A DNA stretch of 59,185 nucleotides from Pseudomonadota bacterium (GTDB taxonomy: Bacteria; Pseudomonadota; Gammaproteobacteria; Burkholderiales; Burkholderiaceae_C), in assembly GCA_021804595.1 (NCBI GenBank), contig JAJZHH010000001.1, forward strand, positions 1 through 59,185. Reading direction: 5' to 3'. Below, one piece after another: positions 54,071-59,185 of the stretch; the stretch's first letter is position 1, and each line of letters starts with the position of its first letter. Under the pieces are notes generated by a model. That model saw nothing but the letters and a program-made list of their open reading frames with translations. It was not told the origin of the DNA and did no database searches. A program made the translations under genes and the position numbers.

Positions 54071-55492
54071 TCAGCTATTTTCGCCGCCGCCGATCGACAG
54101 GAAAAGCCGCACGGTATCGAGCTGGCGCTGCGCGCGGGCGCCGATCCAGGCCATTTCGGCTTGCGCGCAGCGCCGCTGCGCGGCCAGCAGCGGCAGCCGG
54201 CCGACACTGCCGGCGTCGACCTCGGCGCGCGTCAGCGCCAGCGCGGCGCGCGCCGCGGCCAGCGCGCGCTGCCGCGCCGCCAGCGCCTGCGCATCGTGCT
54301 GCAGCGCCTGCAGCGCGTCGGCGACCTGGCCGAACGCGCGCAGTACGGTGCCCTGGTAGTGGGCGGCGGCGGCACGCACGGCGTCGCGCGCGGCGCGCTG
54401 GCGCGCATGCAGCTCGCCGCCGTCGAACACCGGCGCGAGCAGGCCGCCGAGCACGCTCCAGCCCGGACTGCCGGCGGCGAACAGCGCACCTGCGCTCGTC
54501 GCCTGCGGCACGAACGACGCGCTGAGCTCGATGCGCGGGTACAGATCGGCGCTGGCCACGCCCAGCGCTGCCGTCGCCGCGTGCAGCTGCGCACTCGCCA
54601 GCACGATGTCTGGGCGGCGTGCGGCGAGCTGCGACGGCAGCGTCAGCGGCAGCGTGCGTGGCAGCCGCAAGGCGTCGAACGCCGGCTGCGGCAACGGCGC
54701 GGCGGCAGGCGTCTGGCCGACCAGCACCGCCAGCGCATGGGCGTCGACGTCGATGCGCTGGCGCAGCGCCGGCAGCTGTGCGGCGTCGTCCTGCAGGCGC
54801 TGGCGCGCGTCGAGCACGGCGGCCGCGCCCAGCGCGCCGTCGGCGAACGCGCGTTGCGTCAACCGCAGCGCGTCGCGATCGGCCTGCAGCAGCGCGCGCA
54901 GCGCGCGGCCTTGCGCGCGACGCGCAGCGCCGTCGAGGCTCAGGCGCACCGCCTCGGCGCCGACTTCGAGTTGGGCCGCGGCCAGGCGCTGGCGCTGCGC
55001 CTCGGCCAGCGCCAGCTGGCCCTCGAGGACGCGCCGCCGGGCACCGGCGAGGTCGGCGTCCCAGTGCGCGTCCAGCCCCAGCGCGTAATAGGTGAACGGC
55101 GCCTGCGGCGGCGCCGTGCCGAGGAATTCGGCGCCGTAGCGCTGGCGCCCGCTGCCGGCTTCGAGATCGACGCGCGGCGCGCGGGCGGCCGCCGCGACAC
55201 CGACCAGGGCGCGGGCGCGCGCCAGGTCGGCGCCGGCTTCGGCCACGCTGCGGTTGCCGCGCAAGGCGCGCTCGACCACCGCGTCGAGCTCGGCGTTGTG
55301 CCACTGTCGCCACCAGTGGCGACGCGGCGCCACACCCGGCTCGAGGCGCTGGGCCGGCGCCGCCGCGTCCAGGCGCGGCGGCTTGGAGGTGTAGGCGGTC
55401 GCCGCCGGAGGAACCGGCGGCACGAAGTCGGGCCCGGCGGCGCAGCCGCCGAGCAGCGCGACCAGCAGCCACGGTGCGACGCGGCGCATCAT
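54071..55492 (-). CDS. Efflux outer membrane factor lipoprotein (NodT type)
   Basis: LGG-C lipobox, GPDF..P, PSQL..RRPDI, ADLYP, P.FDGG. Confidence 0.92.
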   Translation of the reverse strand: MMRRVAPWLLVALLGGCAAGPDFVPPVPPAATAYTSKPPRLDAAAPAQRLEPGVAPRRHWWRQWHNAELDAVVERALRGNRSVAEAGADLARARALVGVAAAARAPRVDLEAGSGRQRYGAEFLGTAPPQAPFTYYALGLDAHWDADLAGARRRVLEGQLALAEAQRQRLAAAQLEVGAEAVRLSLDGAARRAQGRALRALLQADRDALRLTQRAFADGALGAAAVLDARQRLQDDAAQLPALRQRIDVDAHALAVLVGQTPAAAPLPQPAFDALRLPRTLPLTLPSQLAARRPDIVLASAQLHAATAALGVASADLYPRIELSASFVPQATSAGALFAAGSPGWSVLGGLLAPVFDGGELHARQRAARDAVRAAAAHYQGTVLRAFGQVADALQALQHDAQALAARQRALAAARAALALTRAEVDAGSVGRLPLLAAQRRCAQAEMAWIGARAQRQLDTVRLFLSIGGGENS

Positions 55493-57000
55493 TCGAGCAC
55501 CGCCGGCTCGGCCGGAGTGCGCGCGGCCTTGCCGCGGGCGCTGCGCAGCAGCGCGATCAGCGGCAATGCGAGCAAGCTCAGCAGCATCATCAGCTTGAAG
55601 TCGTTGTCATAGGCGATCATCATGGCCTGCGCCGACACCATCGAGTCGAGCCGGGCCAGCGCGGCGGCGCCGTGCGGCAGCGCCGCGAGCCCGTCGCCGC
55701 GGTAGGGGTTGACGTGCTCGGCGAGCCGCGCGTGCAGCGTCTGCCCGCCTCGCACCAGCATGGTCTCGACGAAGGAAATGCCGATGCTGCTGCCGACGTT
55801 GCGCACCAGGCTGAACATCGCGGTGCCTTCGTTGCGCCACTGCTGCGGCAGCGTCGCGAAGGTGATCGTCGCCAGCGGCACGTAGACGAAACCGGTGCCC
55901 AGTCCCTGCGCCAGGCCCGACCACAGCAGCGGCCGCGTGTCCATCTGCAGGAAGAAGCCGCCCATCTGCCACGCCGAGTAGGCGGTCAGCGCGAAGCCGG
56001 CGCCGATGATCAGGCGCGAGTCGACGCGGCCGACGATGCGGCCGACGATGAACATCGCCACCAGCGTGCCGATGCCGCGCGGCGCCGTCAGCAAGCCGGT
56101 CAGCACCACCGGATAGCCGAGCAGGTCCTGCATCAGCGGCGGCAGCAGCGCCAGCGTCGCGAACAGCACCGCGCCGACGACGAAGATGAACACATTGCCG
56201 GTGACGAAGTTGCGGTCGCGAAACAGGGCCGGGCTGATGAACGGCGTCTTCGACGTCGTCAGCATGTGCACGACGAACAGGTACAGCGCGAGCAGCGCGA
56301 CGCCGGCCTCGATGCGGATCTCGGGCGACGCGAACCAGTCCTTGAGCTGGCCGCGGTCGAGCATCAACTGCAGCGCGCCGATGGCCAGGCTCAGCGTCGC
56401 GAAACCGAAGAAGTCGAAGGCGCTGCGTCGTGTCGGCGTTTCGCGCATGAAGGTCGCGACGCCGAGGAAGGACAGCACGCCGAACGGCACGTTGATGTAG
56501 AACACCCAGCGCCAGTTGTAGTTCTCGGTCAGCCAGCCGCCGAGCACCGGGCCGACGATAGGCCCCAGCACGACGCCCATGACCCACAGCGCCATCGCGC
56601 GCGCATGGTGCTGCGGCGGGTTGATGTCGAGCAGCGCAGCCTGGGACATCGGGATCAGCGCGGCGCCGGCGATGCCCTGCAGCAGGCGCGCGGCGACCAT
56701 TTCGGGCAGCGTCTGCGCCAGCCCGCACAGCGACGACGCGACGGTGAAGCCGACGATCGAGGCCAGGAACACGCGGCGGCGGCCGAGCTGACCGGCCAGC
56801 CAGCCGCTCAGCGGCGTCATGATCGCCGCGGCGATGATGTACGAGGTCAGCACCCAGGTGATCTGGTCCTGCGTCGTCGACAGCGTGCCCTGGATGTCGG
56901 GCAGCGCGACGTTGGCGATCGTGTTGTCGAGCGCCTGCATGATCGACGCCAGCATCACCGACAAGGTGATCATCCGGCGATGCGGATACGCGTCGGTCAT
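55489..57000 (-). CDS. emrB: DHA2 MFS efflux transporter (EmrB-like)
   Basis: LD.TIANVALP.IQG, WVLTSY, WRWVFYINVP, LQLMLDRG. Confidence 0.92.
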   Translation of the reverse strand: MTDAYPHRRMITLSVMLASIMQALDNTIANVALPDIQGTLSTTQDQITWVLTSYIIAAAIMTPLSGWLAGQLGRRRVFLASIVGFTVASSLCGLAQTLPEMVAARLLQGIAGAALIPMSQAALLDINPPQHHARAMALWVMGVVLGPIVGPVLGGWLTENYNWRWVFYINVPFGVLSFLGVATFMRETPTRRSAFDFFGFATLSLAIGALQLMLDRGQLKDWFASPEIRIEAGVALLALYLFVVHMLTTSKTPFISPALFRDRNFVTGNVFIFVVGAVLFATLALLPPLMQDLLGYPVVLTGLLTAPRGIGTLVAMFIVGRIVGRVDSRLIIGAGFALTAYSAWQMGGFFLQMDTRPLLWSGLAQGLGTGFVYVPLATITFATLPQQWRNEGTAMFSLVRNVGSSIGISFVETMLVRGGQTLHARLAEHVNPYRGDGLAALPHGAAALARLDSMVSAQAMMIAYDNDFKLMMLLSLLALPLIALLRSARGKAARTPAEPAVLE

Positions 57001-58043
57001 GGGGAAGTGCCACCGAACAGGTGGCGGTGCCAGCCGGTGTCGACGACGACTTCTGCGCTCAGGCCGCTGCGCAGCTCCGGCGGCGGCGCGTCGAGCGCGA
57101 TGCGCACCGGCAGCCGCTGCACGACCTTGACCCAGTTGCCGCTGGCGTTCTCCGGCGGCAGCAGCGAGAACACGGCGCCGGTGCCGGGGCTGAAGCTGGC
57201 GACGTGGCCGCGCAGCTCGCGCCCGGCCAGCGCGTCGACGCGCACCTGCGCGGCGTCGCCGACGCGCATGTGCGCAAGCTGGTCTTCCTTGAAGTTGGCC
57301 TCGACCCAGACTCGATCGGTGCGCAGCAGCGCGAACGCCGGCGTCGCCGCGGCGATGTAGCGCCCGGGCTGCAGCGCGTCGACGCGGGTGACGATGCCGT
57401 CGGCCGGCGCGCGCACGACCGTGTGCGCCAGGTCGAGCCGGGCCTGGGCCAGCGCCGCCGCGGCCGCGCGCAGTGCCGGATTGCGCGCCGCCGGACCGCC
57501 CAGCGCGGCCTGCGCCGCGTCGAGCTGGGCGCGTGCCGCGGCGACGCGACGATCGGCCTGCTGCCGCGCCCGCTCGGCGTCGTCGAGCTGGGCCTGCGAC
57601 GCGATCGCCGAATGCGCCAGCCGCTGCGTGCGCGCCAGCGCCAGACCGGCGAAATGGCGCGCATCACGCGCCGCGGCCAGCTCGGCGCGGGCGCGCTCGA
57701 CGTCGGCGCGCAGCACGCGCAGCTGCGCGCGCGCGGCGGCCAGCCGCGCCTGTGCCGCCGCCAGCGCGATGCGGTAGCTGGCGTCGTCGAGCCGGTACAG
57801 CACCTGTCCGCGATGCACGCGCTCGTTGTCGTGCACGTCGACCTGCAGCACGCGCCCGCCGACGTCGGCGCTGATGGCGACCTGCGCGCAGCGCACGTAG
57901 GCGTCGTCGGTGTCCTCGCGACGGCCGCCGCTCAGATAAAGCCAGGCCGCGATGACGGCCGCGGCAACGACGCCCAGCAGCATCAGCGGCCAGCGCAGCC
58001 GCTCGCGCCACGCGGCGCGCGGCGGGGTTTCGATCGTGGTCAT
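56997..58043 (-). CDS. emrA: Membrane fusion protein (EmrA/HlyD-like)
   Basis: TDDAYV, WVEANFKE, FSLLPPENASGNWVKVVQRLPVRI. Confidence 0.92.
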   Translation of the reverse strand: MTTIETPPRAAWRERLRWPLMLLGVVAAAVIAAWLYLSGGRREDTDDAYVRCAQVAISADVGGRVLQVDVHDNERVHRGQVLYRLDDASYRIALAAAQARLAAARAQLRVLRADVERARAELAAARDARHFAGLALARTQRLAHSAIASQAQLDDAERARQQADRRVAAARAQLDAAQAALGGPAARNPALRAAAAALAQARLDLAHTVVRAPADGIVTRVDALQPGRYIAAATPAFALLRTDRVWVEANFKEDQLAHMRVGDAAQVRVDALAGRELRGHVASFSPGTGAVFSLLPPENASGNWVKVVQRLPVRIALDAPPPELRSGLSAEVVVDTGWHRHLFGGTSP

Positions 58044-58045
58044 CG

Positions 58046-58540
58046 TCAAAGGGGTCTGGGTTGTCGCGGCGCTGTGGCGTCCGGCGTCTCGTCGGCGGCC
58101 AGGTTGTCGCGCAATTGCTCGAGCACCGCGAGGAACACGTCGCGGCGCGCCGGGTCGACCCCGGCGAAGGTCTCGGCGCGGGTCAGCGCGGCCAGCCGCT
58201 TGACTTCGGCCAGCACCGGCGCCGCCGCCGCGCTCAGGTACAGACTGTGCACGCGGCGGTCGGTGGGGTCGGGGCGGCGCTCGACCAGTCCGTCGGCCTG
58301 CAGCCGGTCGAGCAGGCGCACGACCGCCATCGGCTCGAGCGCGGCGAACTCGGCCAGCCGCGCCTGGCTGATTCCCGGGTGGCGCTCCAGATACGCCAGC
58401 GCACGGCAGATCGGCAGCGTCAGCTGCACGTCGCGCGCGCGCTGCTCGAAGCGCCGCACGTAACGACGACTGACTTCGGCAAGCAGGAAGCCGAACTGAC
58501 TGGAGGGATCGGAAGCGGACACGGCAACGGCGGTTTTCAT
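58046..58540 (-). CDS. MarR family regulator
   Basis: FGFLL..VSR, GISQARLA, RLLDRL...GLVERR.DP.DRR. Confidence 0.92.
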   Translation of the reverse strand: MKTAVAVSASDPSSQFGFLLAEVSRRYVRRFEQRARDVQLTLPICRALAYLERHPGISQARLAEFAALEPMAVVRLLDRLQADGLVERRPDPTDRRVHSLYLSAAAAPVLAEVKRLAALTRAETFAGVDPARRDVFLAVLEQLRDNLAADETPDATAPRQPRPL

Positions 58541-58546
58541 CACGGA

Positions 58547-58559
58547 TGATACCGTATCA
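58547..58559. promoter_or_regulatory. Palindromic operator upstream of marR
   Basis: TGATAC-C-GTATCA, 6 bp upstream of the marR ATG. Confidence 0.55.
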
Positions 58560-58676
58560 AATGTGATTAAAAGCCCGTGTCGCACGATCCCGCCGCCGTC
58601 TTTGTTGTCACCAAATGAAACGCGCCGAACTTTCCGCGCCGCGTCGGCCTCTGATCGTCCGCACCGACGCCTGTCC

Positions 58677-58690
58677 TTGACGTCGGGCAA
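58677..58690. promoter_or_regulatory. FNR/CRP-like box
   Basis: TTGAC-GTCG-GGCAA (inside CCTTG..CAAGG) versus the FNR consensus TTGAT-N4-ATCAA. Confidence 0.35.
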
Positions 58691-58788
58691 GGGGGGCGCG
58701 CACGTCCCGCGCCGAAAATGGAGCGTGCGGGAACGCCCGTCCGCGCGCGCCCCGATCCTGACTGGCCTGTGAACACGAGGAGCAGAAC

Positions 58789-59185
58789 ATGTCTTCATCC
58801 GATCCGATCGGCGAACTGCAGGGCCGCAGCGTGCTGGCTGCGCTCGACGAGACGCAATTGCGCCGGCTGCTGGCGCATGCGCAGGAGCTGCAGTTGGGCG
58901 CGGGCGCCACGCTGTTCCGCCAGGGCGACGCCGCCGATCGCTTCTATGTGCTGCGCAACGGCGCGGTACAGGTCGGCGTGCCGGCGATCAACGGGCCCGA
59001 GCTCGAAGTGCAGAGCCTGGGCCCGGGCGACGTGATCGGCTGGTCGTGGCTGATCGAACCGTACCGCTGGGCGTTCGACGCCCGCGTCACCCGCGACGCC
59101 AGGCTGCTGGCGTTCGACGGGCCGAAGATCATCGCCGAATGCGAGCGCGACCCGGCGCTGGGCTATGCGCTGTTCAAGGTTTTCG
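58789..59185 (+). CDS. Cyclic nucleotide-binding domain protein (3'-truncated; absent from the ORF track)
   Basis: GAGGAG RBS; MSSSDPIGEL..LFRQGD.ADRFY.L..G.V..LGPGDVIGWSWLIEPYRWAFDAR. Confidence 0.88.
   Translation, partial: MSSSDPIGELQGRSVLAALDETQLRRLLAHAQELQLGAGATLFRQGDAADRFYVLRNGAVQVGVPAINGPELEVQSLGPGDVIGWSWLIEPYRWAFDARVTRDARLLAFDGPKIIAECERDPALGYALFKVF

Overview
GC-rich betaproteobacterial (Burkholderiales-like, inferred from gene content and order) chromosomal segment. Most of it is housekeeping: ubiH-like/dsbC/ubiC, ychF, hemA-prfA-prmC-grxD-ubiX, pepP, murU-amgK, lptD-surA-rsmA, maeB, thiL-pgpA-pncC, purB, htpX, fmt-def and lysM-dprA-smg. Accessory blocks lie between these genes. (1) The window opens with the 3' half of tRNA-Phe, followed by what looks like a decayed island (yccF and an orphan XRE antitoxin). 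A tandem array of three paralogous lipoproteins follows, with near-identical leader, signal peptide and Ig-like module but divergent beta-propellers, and a possible collapsed fourth copy upstream. (2) A branched-chain-type ABC importer and two convergent, mutually similar small membrane ORFs sit before ychF, and a Fic gene plus a kinase-like remnant sit after it. (3) A secreted RNase/barstar pair follows maeB. (4) After smg come an unknown lipoprotein and a 1577-aa c-di-GMP enzyme (TM-sensor-TM-GAF-GAF-GGDEF-globin-GAF-EAL-CZB), then a MarR-EmrAB-OMF efflux operon and a truncated cNMP-binding gene. I saw no CRISPR array, integrase, transposase or rRNA. All calls come from motif recognition by eye; no searches were run.
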